This document shows, piece by piece, positions 1 through 12,193 of a stretch of DNA of 64,000 bases; position 1 is the stretch's first letter; each line of letters starts with the position of its first letter. Under the pieces are notes generated by a model. That model was not told where the DNA came from. It saw only the letters and a list, made by a program, of their open reading frames with translations, and made no database searches. The translations under genes were made by a program, and so were the position numbers. Location of the stretch: positions 1,248,001 to 1,312,000 of the forward strand of contig CAWIAD010000001.1 in assembly GCA_963833985.1 (NCBI GenBank), read 5' to 3'. Origin of the DNA: an uncultured Planctomycetaceae bacterium. GTDB taxonomy: Bacteria; Planctomycetota; Planctomycetia; Isosphaerales; Isosphaeraceae.

Positions 1-1307
1 AACGCTGCCCTTGAGCAGGAACTCGTGGTCGGCCTCCAGCGCGTCGAGCACCTCGCCAAGCGAGCCCGGCGTGCTCTTGACCTTTTCGGCCTCCTCGGGC
101 TCGAGGTCGTAGAGGTCCTTGTCGATGGGGTCGCCCGGGTCGATCTTGTTCTGCACGCCGTCCAGCCCCGCCATGAGCATGGCGGAGAAGGCGAGGTAGG
201 GATTGCAGGACGGGTCCGGGCAGCGGAACTCGATGCGCTTGGACTTCGGGCTCTTGCTGTAGATGGGAATGCGGACAGCCGCGGAGCGGTTGCGCTGCGA
301 GTAAACCAGGTTCACGGGCGCCTCGTAGCCGGGTACCAGCCGGCGGTACGAGTTGGTGGTGGGGGCACAGAGCGCCAGCAGCGCGGGGGCATGCTTGAGC
401 AAGCCTCCGATGTAGTGGCGCGCCGTCTGGCTGATCTGGCCGTAGCCCTTCTCATCCCAGAAGAGGTTCGTCTCACCCTTCCAGAGGCTCTGGTGACAGT
501 GCATCCCCGAGCCGTTATCGCCGAAGATTGGCTTGGGCATGAAGGTGACCACCTTGCCGTGCTTGCGCCACGTTGCGGATGATGTACTTGTAATACATCA
601 GGCTGTCGGCCAGCCTTGTGAGCGGGCCGAACCGCATGTCGATCTCGGCCTGGCCGGCGGTGCCGACCTCGTGGTGGTGCACCTCGATGGGCACGCCCAC
701 CTTCTCGAGCGTCAGGATCATCTCGGAGCGGAGATCCTGGAACTGGTCGGCGGGCGGGCAGGGGAAGTAGCCTTCCTTGTGCCGCAGCTTGTAGCCCAGG
801 TTCGGGCCCTCCTGGCGGCCGGTGTTCCAGACGCCCTCCACCGAGTCAATGAAGTAATAGCCGCCCTGCGCCGACTGATCGTAACGGACGTCGTCAAAGA
901 TGTAGAACTCGGCTTCCGGTCCCCAGTAGCTGATATCGGCAATGCCGGTGTTCTTGAGGTAGGCCTCGGCCTTCTGGGCGATGTGCCGGGGATCGCGCGT
1001 GTATGGTTCCCGCGTGACGGGGTCCTGCACACTGCAAATCATGCTCAGCGTGGGAATCTGGAGCACCGGGTCGACGAAGGCGGTCTCCGGATCCGGGATC
1101 AGCAGCATGTCGCTTTCCTGGATCTGCTGGTAACCGCGGATGCTCGACCCGTCGAATCCCAGCCCGTCGGTGTACATGTCATCGGACAGCTCGCGCAGGG
1201 AGCGAGAAATGCTGCCACACGCCGGGCAAGTCGACGAACCGCAGATCGATGATTTCAACCTTGGAATCATCCACGAGTTTCTTGACGTCGTTGGGTGATC
1301 TGGACAT
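1..1307 (-). CDS. glnA: Glutamine synthetase type I, 5' part (runs off left edge; apparent frameshifts near 1200 and 570)
   Basis: [34 protein letters not shown], then [40 protein letters not shown] and [20 protein letters not shown] across three frames; GGGAGGGGGG RBS upstream. Confidence 0.95.
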
Positions 1308-1545
1308 GCTCCCCCCTCCCTTGTTGAAGTGCGGCAGCCGGTACCGTGCCGGCAGGTACGGGGCCGGAGCCGACTCTCGTTTGATAGTGGCTCGGCGGGC
1401 GAAATGCAAGAAGCAACCGCCGTTGCACTTCTGATCGAGGCGGGATCGGTCTCATGGAAACCGAGGCAAATCCACATGCGATCAGCCGAGGGCGGGCCGT
1501 GCATCTCCGCTGGCGCGTCTTCATAAAAACAACTTCAGCTTTTCC

Positions 1546-1590
1546 GTCAACCTCTTGACAAACGTGAATCCACTGAAATGATGAAATGTT
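1546..1590. promoter_or_regulatory. Putative back-to-back sigma70 -35 elements (GTCAA-N4-TTGAC) for divergent glnA / hyp-hhy transcription
   Basis: TTGACA on + at 1555-1560 and TTGACG on - within an AT-rich patch; -10 boxes are weak. Confidence 0.4.
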
Positions 1591-1808
1591 ACGCTGGTAA
1601 GGTCAGCCGCTCGTTTCGTGTGACCAAATCCCCGAAGGTCTCGGAGTCCATGACCTACTTGCGGGAGTGATCGGGAAGGCCCGATACTTGAAGCAACGAC
1701 GCGTTTGCCCGCTCTTGGGGCGCCTGCGTCAGCCTTGGGATCAGAGCGCCTGAGATCATCTGCCTTCCAGGACGGTCCGGACGCCGGCTCATCGCAGGGG
1801 ACCCGCGC

Positions 1809-2060
1809 ATGTGTCTGGGGATACCCGGCAAGGTCGTGGAAACGTTCCATGAGGACGGAGTTCTCATGGGTAAGGTTGATTTCGGTGGAATCCAGAAGCA
1901 GGTCTGCCTGGAGCACGTCCCCGAAGCTGCAATCAGCGACTACGTGCTCGTTCACGTCGGCTTCGCGCTCTCGCGGATCGACCCGGAGGAAGCCGTCCGG
2001 GTCTTCGAGTTTCTGGAGCGGATGAACCAGCTCGACGAGCTGGAGGTGCCTCCGCCATGA
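1809..2060 (+). CDS. hypC: Hydrogenase maturation chaperone HypC
   Basis: MCLGIPGKVVE...DYVLVHVGFAL motif. Confidence 0.96.
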   Translation: MCLGIPGKVVETFHEDGVLMGKVDFGGIQKQVCLEHVPEAAISDYVLVHVGFALSRIDPEEAVRVFEFLERMNQLDELEVPPP

Positions 2061-3180
2061 AATACGTGGACGAGTATCGCGACGGCGAGGCCGCGGGAAG
2101 GCTGGCGCAGGCGATTGCGCAGCGTCACGAGGCCGTGGACGATCATGGAAGTCTGCGGCGGGCAAACTCATACGATCGTCAAGTATGGAATTGACCGGCT
2201 CGTGCCGTCCGCGGTGGAGCTGGTGCACGGCCCCGGCTGCCCCGTGTGCGTCACCTCCCTGGAGATGATTGACCGGGCGCTCGCCATCGCCGCGCGGCCG
2301 GAGGTGACCTTCTGCTCGTTCGGGGACATGCTGCGCGTGCCGGGCTCGCGGGGCGACCTGCTCCAGCTCAAGTCGATGGGCGCTGATGTGCGCGTGGTCT
2401 ACTCGCCGCTGGACGCCGTGAACCTGGCGGCCGAGCGGACCGACCGCCAGGTCGTGTTCTTCGCGATCGGCTTCGAGACGACCGCGCCGGCCAATGCCAT
2501 GGCCGTCTGGATGGCCCGCAAGAGGCGGCTGCGCAACTTCAGCGTGCTCGTCTCACACGTCCTGGTGCCGCCGATGCTGGAGGCCCTGCTCCAGGCGGAG
2601 GACAACCGGGTCCAGGGTTTCCTGGGGCCCGGCCACGTCTGCACCGTGATGGGGACCTCCGAGTACGAACCGATCAGCCGCCGTTTCCATGTGCCCATCG
2701 TGGTCACCGGCTTCGAGCCGCTCGATCTGCTCGATGGGATTCTCCGTACGGTCCGCCAGCTCGAGGGGGGCCGCGGAGAGCTGGAGAACCAGTACGCCCG
2801 CGCCGTGCGGCCGGAAGGCAACCTGCCCGCGCAAGCTGCTCGACGAGGTCTTCGAGGTCTGCGACCGCAACTGGCGCGGGCTTGGTCTCGTGCCCGCCAG
2901 CGGCTACACGCTGCGCCCCGCGTACCGCGCGCTGGACGCCGAGCAGATCTACCAGGTCGACCAGATCAAGACCGAGGAGTCCGCGGTGTGCATCAGCGGC
3001 CAGGTGCTCAAGGGGCTCAAGAAGCCCCATCACTGCCCCGCGTTCGGTACGCTGTGCACGCCCCAGAACCCGCTGGGAGCCACCATGGTCTCCAGTGAAG
3101 GCGCGTGCGCCGCGTATTATGCCTATGGCCGGCACCTGGAAACCAGCGCGCCCGCTGCGCTCCAGACTGCACAGGTCTGA
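2057..3180 (+). CDS. hypD: Hydrogenase maturation protein HypD (apparent frameshifts near 2120 and 2830)
   Basis: [67 protein letters not shown] overlap with hypC. Confidence 0.95.
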
Positions 3181-3216
3181 GCAGCAGTCCGCTCGACGGA
3201 AGGACGTGGATCGCGC

Positions 3217-4317
3217 ATGGGCAAGATTGAACAACCGCTGGCGCAGGGCAACCTGGGCACCTGCCCGCTGCCGCAATCGAGGTACGACCATATTGTGCTG
3301 GGCCACGGCAGTGGCGGCAAGCTGACCTCGGACCTGATCGAGAAGCTGTTCCTGCCCGGCCTGGCCGACGGTGACGGACCGCTCGTCTCCCTGGAGGACC
3401 AGGCGACCCTGAGCCTGGGACCAGGCGGCCATGACGGCCGCGCCGCGCCGCGCATCGCCTTCACGACCGACTCCTTCGTCGTCCGCCCGCTCTTCTTCCC
3501 GGGAGGGGATATCGGGCAGCTCGCCGTTCATGGCACGGTCAACGACCTGGCCGTCGGCGGCGCCCGGCCGCTCTACATCTCGGCCGCCTTCATCCTCGAG
3601 GAGGGGCTGCCGCTGGCCGATCTGCGCAACATTGTCGCTTCCATGCGCCGGGCCTGCGCCCGGCGCAGGTCGCGCTGGTGACCGGCGACACCAAGGTGGT
3701 GGACCGGGGCAAGGGGGACGGGGTCTACATCACCACGTCGGGAGTCGGGCTGGTACCCGAGGGCCTGCGCGCTGTCGATTCACAACGCCAGGCCTGGAGA
3801 CGCCGTGCTCGTGTCGGGAACGCTGGGCGACCATGGCATTGCCGTGATGTCGGTACGCGAGGGCCTGGAATTCGAGACCGTGCTGGAAAGCGACACCGCG
3901 CCTTTGACAGAGCTGACCGAGGCTGTGCTGGAGGCGTGCCCGGAAACTCGCTGCATGCGCGACCCGACGCGCGGCGGGCTCTCGAGCACGCTCAACGAGC
4001 TGGCCGCGGCCTCGCATGTGGGCGTGGTCCTGGAGGAGTCGGCCATCCCCCTGCGGCCCGAGGTCGCCGGCGCCTGCGAGATGCTCGGGCTGGATCCGCT
4101 TTACGTGGCCAACGAGGGAAAGCTCGTGGCCGTTGTACCCCCGGACCGGGCGGCAGCCGCGCTCCACGCCCTGCGTTCGCACCCTCTGGGGCGGAATGCC
4201 GCGATCGTCGGCCGGGTCGTGGCCGAGCACCCCGGCCTGGTCACGATGCGCTCGCGCGTAGGCGGCCAGCGCGTGGTCACTTTACTGATGGGTGAGCAGC
4301 TACCGAGGATTTGCTGA
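3217..4317 (+). CDS. hypE: Hydrogenase maturation protein HypE (apparent frameshifts near 3660 and 3770)
   Basis: [42 protein letters not shown] and the diagnostic C-terminal LPRIC. Confidence 0.95.
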
Positions 4318-5183
4318 TGCCCGCGAGCAGCCCCCAGGATCGGCCCGCCGGGTCCGACCTGTCCGGCGCGAGTCTCCCCGAGATCGCGCCCAAGAAAGCC
4401 TCGCGGCTCATCCTGCTGCATGAGATCGAGGAGGGCATCGATGCGCTCGAGCGACCGCTCCTGGGACTTTTCTTCTCGGGCCTGTCCGCCGGCCTGGACG
4501 TGGGCTTCAGCCTCTTCCTCATGGCCGTGGTGCTGACCCGCGTGGAAGGCAGGATTGCCGAGCCGGTCGCGTCTCTGCTGCTGGCGAATATGTACTCCAT
4601 CGGATTCATCTTCGTCATCCTGGGGCGCTCGGAACTGTTCACGGAGCAGACGACGCTCGCCGTGCTGCCCACGCTCAGCGGCCGTGCCACGCTCGGGGCG
4701 CTGCTCCGCTTGTGGCTTGTGGTGTTCCTGGCGAACACGCTCGGCGCGGCCGCGTTCGCGGCGATCGTCAGCGAGATCGGCCCTGCGCTCGGGGTCATCA
4801 ATCCACACGCCTTCGGCAAGCTCGCGCACTCGGTCGTGGACCATCCGGCCCGCGCCATGTTCGAGAGCGGCATCCTCGCCGGCTGGCTGATGGGCCTGCT
4901 CTCGTGGCTCATCGCCGCCGCCCGGGACACGATCAGTCAAATTGTGCTGGTTTGGCTTGTAACTAGCGTGATCGGTTTTGCGAACTTGCACCACGCGATC
5001 GTCGGGACGGCAGAGGTGCTGGCAGGGGCGCTCACGGGTCAGGGCATCAGCGGCGAGGACATCGGCCGGTTCCTGGTCTTCGTGACGCTCGGCAACATCG
5101 TGGGCGGCGTCGTCTTCGTGGCGTTCCTCAAGTATGGCCTGGCCCGACCCGGGGCGCAGGCGGCATCGGTGGCGGATTCCTGA
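4317..5183 (+). CDS. Formate/nitrite transporter (FNT) family channel, YfdC-like
   Basis: About 6 TM helices; GRSELFTEQT, NTLG, LHHAIVG, TLGNIVGG motifs; TGATG overlap with hypE. Confidence 0.88.
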   Translation: MPASSPQDRPAGSDLSGASLPEIAPKKASRLILLHEIEEGIDALERPLLGLFFSGLSAGLDVGFSLFLMAVVLTRVEGRIAEPVASLLLANMYSIGFIFVILGRSELFTEQTTLAVLPTLSGRATLGALLRLWLVVFLANTLGAAAFAAIVSEIGPALGVINPHAFGKLAHSVVDHPARAMFESGILAGWLMGLLSWLIAAARDTISQIVLVWLVTSVIGFANLHHAIVGTAEVLAGALTGQGISGEDIGRFLVFVTLGNIVGGVVFVAFLKYGLARPGAQAASVADS

Positions 5184-5207
5184 ATCCCCCTGAAAGGAGG
5201 AGTCCTC

Positions 5208-6304
<1,097 letters not shown>

Positions 6305-6317
<13 letters not shown>

Positions 6318-8104
6318 CTGCTCCCCAGCGCACCCGGGCATCCGACACCGGCAAGCTCGTGGAGATGTCCTGGGACCCCATCACCCGCATCGTGGGCAGC
6401 CTGGGAATCTACACCAAGATTGATTTCGCCAACCGGCAGGTCGCCGAGTGCCACAGCACCTCATCGATCTTCCGCGGTTACAGCATCTTCATGAAGGGGA
6501 AAGACCCGCGCGATTCGCACTTCATCACCAGCCGGATCTGCGGCATCTGCGGCGACAACCACGCCACCTGTGCCTGCTACGCCCAGAACATGGCCTTCGG
6601 CGTGCGCCCGCCCGACATGGGCGAGTGGATCGTCAACCTGGGCGAAGCCGCGGAATACATGTTCGACCATAACATCTACCAGGATAACCTGGTCGGTGTC
6701 GACTTCTGCGAGCAGATGGTCAAGGAGACGAATTCCGGCGTCTGGGACAAGGCGCAGCACACGAACTCGCCCCATTACGGCGACCACCCGTACCGCACCA
6801 TCGCCGACATCATGCGGGCGCTGAACCCGTTCACCGGCGAATTCTACCGCGAAGCCCTGCTCATGAGCCGGATGACGCGGGAGATGTTCTGCCTCATGGA
6901 AGGGCGGCACGTGCACCCCTCCACCCTCTATCCCGGCGGCGTCGGCACGGTCCCCACCCAGCAGCTCTTCACCGACTACCTCGTGCGCCTCATGAAGTAC
7001 GTCGAGTTCATGAAGAAAGTCGTCCCCATGCACGACGACCTCTTCGACTTCTTCTACGAGGCGCTCCCCGGCTACGAGGAAGTGGGCAGGCGGCGCGTCC
7101 TGCTGGGCTGCTGGGGCTCGTGGAACGACCCCAAGGTGTGCGACTACACCTACCGCAACATGAACGAGTGGGGCAAGGCGATGTTCGTCACGCCCGCGGT
7201 GATCGTGGACGGCAAGGCGGTGACGAACAACCTGGTGGACATCAACCTGGGCATCCGCATCCTGCTTGGCCACTCCTACTACGATGACTGGGGCGAGGAT
7301 GGCGAGGTGTTCGTCCCGCGCGATCCCCTGGGCAACCCGGTCGATCGCCGGCATCCCTGGAACCAGACCACGATCCCGCGCCCGCAGAAGCGCGATTTCA
7401 ACGGCAACTACTCCTGGGTGATGTGCCCGCGCTGGCTCGATCCCAGCACCGGCGACCACCTGGCACTCGACACCGGCGGCGGACCCATCGCCCGGCTCTG
7501 GGCCACGGCGCTGGCGGGCCTTGTTGATATCGGGTACATCAAGGCCACCGGCCAGAGCGTGAAGATTTACCTGCCCAAGACGATGTCGCTGCCGGACGTC
7601 GAGTTCGAGTGGAAGATTCCCAGGTGGAGCAACGCCATCGAGCGCGACCGGGCGCGGACCTACTTCCAGGCCTATTCAGCCGCGGCCGCGCTCTACTTCG
7701 CCGAGCGGGCGATGGAAGAGCTGCACGCCGGCCGGACGCGCACCTGGACCGACTTCAAGGTCCCCGAGAACGCCATCGGCTGCGGCTTCCATGAGGCGGT
7801 GCGCGGCGTGCTGTCGCATCACGTGGTGATCCGCGACGGCAAGATCGCCAACTACCACCCCTATCCGCCCACGCCCTGGAACGCGACCCCGCGCGACGTT
7901 TACGGCACGCCGGGCCCCTACGAGGACGCGGTGCAGAACACGCCCATCTTCGAGGAGAACGGCCCCGACAAGTTCAAGGGTATCGACATCATGCGGGCGG
8001 TGCGCAGCTTCGACCCGTGCCTGCCCTGCGGCGTGCACATGTACCTGGGCAACGGCAAACTGCTCGATGTGAAGCACGTGCCGATGTTCGGAGCACACTC
8101 GTAG
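6305..8104 (+). CDS. hhyL: Group 1h [NiFe]-hydrogenase large subunit
   Basis: EMSWDPITRIVGSLG, L1 motif TSRICGICGDNH, L2 motif RSFDPCLPCGVH followed by a cleavable C-terminal tail. Confidence 0.95.
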
Positions 8105-8105
8105 C

Positions 8106-8144
8106 GCACATGCCCGCGAGGCGAGTGCACATGCCCGCGAGGCG
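8106..8144 (+). repeat. Direct repeat GCACATGCCCGCGAGGCG x2 (21-bp period) just after the hhyL stop
   Basis: Read directly from sequence. Confidence 0.85.
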
Positions 8145-8173
8145 TTCGCCGCACGGCCAGGGGGAGCGTGACG

Positions 8174-8719
8174 ATGGATTCTCCGGAACTGCGTGCCTTT
8201 CAGGACCAGCTCGGGCGGCTTGACTCCTTGCTCCGGAGCATCGGCCGTCTGGCGGATACCCCGGCGGGAGAGCAATACCGCGACGCGGTGCAGGCCATCC
8301 TGGACCTTCATGGCTCCGGCCTGGCGCGCCTGCTGTGCTTGCTGCAAGACGCCGGGGGCGAAGGCGCGAAGGTCCTCGACGCCTGCATCCGCGACGAGAT
8401 CGTGGGGGGGCTGCTGCTCCTGCACGGCCTGCATCCGCAGAGCCTGGAGGAGCGCGTGCACGAGGCCCTCGAGCAGGTGCGTCCCTTCCTCCGCTCACAT
8501 GGGGGGAACGTCCAGCTTCTGCGCATCAACGACGGCGTCATCAGGCTCCGGCTGGAGGGAAGCTGCCACGGCTGCCCCTCCTCCGCCGCCACCATGAAGC
8601 AGACCATCGAGGAGGCCATCCTGGGGCGGGCGCCCGATGCGATCGGAGTGCAGGTGGAAGGCGTCGTGGAAGAGCCCGCCGTCACCCCAGGGGGCCACGC
8701 GCTTCACGTTCTTCAATAA
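8174..8719 (+). CDS. NifU-family Fe-S scaffold-like protein of group 1h clusters
   Basis: LLLHGLHP followed by NifU domain VRPFLRSHGGNV...GSCHGCPSS. Confidence 0.9.
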   Translation: MDSPELRAFQDQLGRLDSLLRSIGRLADTPAGEQYRDAVQAILDLHGSGLARLLCLLQDAGGEGAKVLDACIRDEIVGGLLLLHGLHPQSLEERVHEALEQVRPFLRSHGGNVQLLRINDGVIRLRLEGSCHGCPSSAATMKQTIEEAILGRAPDAIGVQVEGVVEEPAVTPGGHALHVLQ

Positions 8720-8761
8720 CCAGGAATCGTCAGCCCGAACGGGCGGAAGGGAGAACTCAGC

Positions 8762-8962
8762 ATGGCCTGGTTCGATTCTCGATCCGAGCTGCCCGCGCAC
8801 ACGCCGGGCGCGCCCCGTGGTGAGGATCTGGTACGCCGGCTCGGCCGGGAGCCGGGCCGCGAGCGCAGGAAGGGAGGACGCACGGCGCGCGATGCGACCA
8901 GCATCAACCCCGAGGCGCGCGACCCGATCGATCCGCAGATGCCGCATCTTCCTCCTGCATGA
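8762..8962 (+). CDS. Small hypothetical protein of the type seen in group 1h clusters
   Basis: GGGAG RBS; RTARDATSINPEARDPIDPQMPHLPPA tail; lies within the operon. Confidence 0.65.
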   Translation: MAWFDSRSELPAHTPGAPRGEDLVRRLGREPGRERRKGGRTARDATSINPEARDPIDPQMPHLPPA

Positions 8963-8974
8963 GGCAACACCATC

Positions 8975-9600
8975 ATGGTTCCGGTCCAGACCGACTCGGA
9001 CTGTGATCTGCCCCCGCTGGCATCGATCCGCAGGTTCCTCCGGCCCAGGCCGTGCGCGAGCATTGCGGCCTGTGTCACCTGGAACTGGGCGATGAGCACG
9101 CGCACCTGGTGGAGTCTGCGTCACACCGGCTGATCTGCGCGTGCGATGCCTGCGCCCTGCTCTTCAGTGGCCAGGGCGCAGCGCGGTATCGCCAGGTCCC
9201 GCGCCGGGTACGGGCGGTCCCCGGCTTCGCCATGAGCGATGCCACGTGGGACGCGCTTCAGCTACCGATCAACCTGGCCTACTTCATGCACAGCACGGCG
9301 GCCGGCCGGGTGATCGCCCTCTACCCGAGCCCCGCCGGCGCCACCGAGGCGATGGTGGAGCCGGGCGCATGGGAAAGCCTGGCGGAACAGAACCCGGTAC
9401 TGCGCGAGCTCGAACCCGACGTGGAAGGGCTGCTGGTCAACCGGGTCGGCGAGACGCGCCAGTATTTTCGGGTCGGCGTTGACCAGTGCTATCGCCTGGT
9501 CGGCGTGATCCGCACCCACTGGCGCGGGCTCTCCGGAGGGGCGCTTGTCTGGGGCGAGATCGCGCGGTTCTTCGATGAGATCCACCAGCGAGCCTCGTGA
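8975..9600 (+). CDS. DUF5947-like hydrogenase-associated protein (apparent frameshift near 9050)
   Basis: EHCGLC...CACDAC, YPSPAGATE, LEPDVEGLLVNR, WRGLSGG. Confidence 0.8.
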
Positions 9601-9617
9601 AGCAGAGAAAGGGATTC

Positions 9618-10271
9618 ATGCCAGACCTGAGCTTCCAGGTTCAGGGAGCCGAGCCCGAGCGTGATGCGGCCGTGCCGGCCCTGCGCTTCGCGCTGGAGGT
9701 CCGGGAACAGGGCGATCCGCCAACCCCCATCCACTCCGTGGCCCTGCGTTGCCAGATCCGCATCGAGCCGGCACGCCGGAGCTACAGCGGCGCCGAGCGG
9801 CAGCGGTTGCTCGATCTCTTCGGCACGCCCGACCGCTGGGGCCAGACGCTCCGTCCCATGCTCTGGACGCACACCATCGCCACCGTGCCGCCTTTCACGC
9901 GGCAGATGAGCGTGGGGCTGGTCGTCCCCTGCAACTTCGACTTCAGCCTGGCCGCCACCCGTTACTTCAGTGCCCTCGAGGACGGTGACCTGCCGCTCTG
10001 CTTCCTCTTCAGCGGCACGATCTTCTTTCAGGGTGACGAAGATCGCTTGCAGATCGCGCAGATCCCCTGGGAGAAAGAAGCCGTCTACCGGCTGCCGGCG
10101 CGCACCTGGCAGGAAGTCCGCAAGCACTACTATCCGAACACCTCCTGGCTCGGCCTGAGCAGCGACCTGTTCGATCGCCTGGAAGAGTATCGCCGCGCCC
10201 GCGGATTGCCGACCGCCGAACAGGCCCTGGAAAAGCTGCTGGGCGCGGTTGCGGGAGCAAACAAGCCATGA
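9618..10271 (+). CDS. DUF6084-like hydrogenase-associated protein
   Basis: ALRCQIRIEP, LFGTPDRWGQTL, FLFSGTIF, PWEKEA, YYPNTSW. Confidence 0.8.
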   Translation: MPDLSFQVQGAEPERDAAVPALRFALEVREQGDPPTPIHSVALRCQIRIEPARRSYSGAERQRLLDLFGTPDRWGQTLRPMLWTHTIATVPPFTRQMSVGLVVPCNFDFSLAATRYFSALEDGDLPLCFLFSGTIFFQGDEDRLQIAQIPWEKEAVYRLPARTWQEVRKHYYPNTSWLGLSSDLFDRLEEYRRARGLPTAEQALEKLLGAVAGANKP

Positions 10272-11337
10272 ACCGAGCCCCCGTGGACCTTATCGCCCGC
10301 GCCGTGCTCTACGAGGGGTACATCCTCTATCCATACCGTCCCTCGCTCAAGAACCGCCAGCGCTGGACGTTCGGCGGGCTCTATCCTGAGGGCCATTGCG
10401 GCGTCCGGGCAGGGACCGAGAGCTGCGAGCAACGGACCGAGTGCCTGGTGATCGGAACGCCGCGAACACGCGTGGAAGTGGTGGTCCGTTTCCTGCACCT
10501 GAGGGCCCGCCGGCTGGGCGCGATCGAGCCGCCCCTCGACGCATGGAGCAGCAGCGACGAGCCGCCGTCGCGGCCCGTCGAGTCGCTCCAGGTGGACGGC
10601 CGGTCGTTCCATGCCTGGCAAGAGGCCCAGGAGCGCGAGATCGTCTGCCGCCCGCTCACGCTCGGTGCGCTCTCGCCGGGACCTTCGTGCAAGAGTTCCA
10701 GTTCTCCGGCAGCCGGAGCTGGGAGCCGTTGCGAACACCCGCGTCGGGCGCGATCGCGGGCGTCTTGATCCGCGAGCAGCACAGCATCGCGGGCACCATC
10801 GAGCTCTCGGCCGTTCAGCTCGAAGCCACGCTTTTCGGGCTCGCTGCCCGTACCGTGAACCGGACGCCCCTCACCGATCCGCATCGCTTGACACGCGATG
10901 AAGCGCTCGAGCGTGCCCTGGCCTCGACGCACGCCATCCTGGGAGTGGCAGACGGCGCCTTCGTCTCGCTCACGGACCCGCCCGAGGCGTGCCGGCAGGC
11001 CGCTGCCGCCTGCCGCAACGTGGGAGCCTGGCCCGTGCTCGTGGGAGCGGAAGGGGAGACTAGCCTGATGCTCTCAGCGCCGATCATCCTCTATGACTAT
11101 CCGCAGGTGGCGCCCGAAAGCCCCGGAGACTACTTCGACGGGACCGAGATCGACGAGATGCTCACCTTGCGGATCATGACCATGACGGACGATGAGAAGG
11201 CGGCCATGTCCGCCGTGGATGAGCGGGCCGGCGCCTTGCTGGCACGCACCGAATCGCTCGCGCGCCGGCAGCTTCTCGGTCTCCACGGCACCTTCCGCAT
11301 TCCTGGCGAGAGCCAGGCAGGAGGTCAATCGTGCTGA
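10268..11337 (+). CDS. Conserved hydrogenase-associated hypothetical protein (apparent frameshift near 10680)
   Basis: AVLYEGYILYPYRPS...RWTFGG in one frame; SAPIILYDYPQVAPESPGDYFDGTEIDEMLTLRIMTMTDDEK in the next. Confidence 0.8.
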
Positions 11338-11639
11338 GCTGGGACCCCGATGATGGCCTGCGCAAGCTCGAGTGCCTCCACGTCGGGGCGTACGAGCTGC
11401 GGGCGGGCGACCGCGTGCGGCTGCGTCCCAGGCGACGGGCCGACATCCTGGACCTGGCGCTGGAGGGGAAGGCCGCCACCATTGCCTCGATCGAGCTGGA
11501 TTTCGAGGGCCGCTTCCACCTCGCCGTGACGGTGGATGACGACCCGGGAAGCGACCTGGGCACGCTTCGTCATCCCGGACACAGGTTCTACTTCCTGGCC
11601 GATGAGGTGGAACCTCTGGATGCCGGAGGCACCCCATGA
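11331..11639 (+). CDS. Conserved hydrogenase-associated hypothetical protein
   Basis: GDRVRLRPRRRADILDLALEGK...DDDPG...RFYFLADEVEPL; overlaps both neighbours. Confidence 0.75.
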   Translation: MLSWDPDDGLRKLECLHVGAYELRAGDRVRLRPRRRADILDLALEGKAATIASIELDFEGRFHLAVTVDDDPGSDLGTLRHPGHRFYFLADEVEPLDAGGTP

Positions 11640-12193
11640 CCACGCGCTACCGGATCGACGCGTCACAGAGCCGGTTCACCGTTCACGCCGATGCCACGGG
11701 GATGCTCTCGGTTCTCGGCCACAGCCCCACCTTCGCCGTCGGAGACTATCAGGGCCACGTCCACTTCGACGACGACCATCCGGGCCGGATCAATCTCGAC
11801 GTAGTCGTCAGGGCCGATTCGCTGGTCCTCACCGACCACGTTTCGCCGGCGGACCGGCGCGATATCGAGCAGCGCATGCGTGCCGAGGTGCTGGAAACGT
11901 TTCACTATCCCGAGATCCGCTACGAGGCCTGGGACAGCTCGTCCGTCGCTTCGCGGACGGCCCCTTTTCACGTGCGCATGACCGGGCGGCTGTCGCTGCA
12001 CGGAGTGACCCAGCCGCAGCCGTTCGATGCCGAGATGCGCGTCTTCCACGACGGCATTCACCTCATGGGGAGCTGCTCGCTCTGGATGTCCCGGTTCCAG
12101 ATCAAGCCCGTGACGGCGCTCGGTGGGGCCATCAAGCTGAAAGATGAGCTGAAGGTCTCCGCCACCATCGTCGCCTTGCCGGAGGCGTCGTGA
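11636..12193 (+). CDS. YceI-family (polyisoprenoid-binding) protein, no signal peptide
   Basis: YRIDASQSRFTV, VLETFHYPEIRY, GRLSLHGVT, FQIKP; ATGA and TGATG overlaps with neighbours. Confidence 0.82.
   Translation: MTTRYRIDASQSRFTVHADATGMLSVLGHSPTFAVGDYQGHVHFDDDHPGRINLDVVVRADSLVLTDHVSPADRRDIEQRMRAEVLETFHYPEIRYEAWDSSSVASRTAPFHVRMTGRLSLHGVTQPQPFDAEMRVFHDGIHLMGSCSLWMSRFQIKPVTALGGAIKLKDELKVSATIVALPEAS

Noticed and set aside
1390..1430. Sigma54 promoter for glnA
   Set aside because: The GG-to-GC spacing does not fit the -24/-12 consensus.
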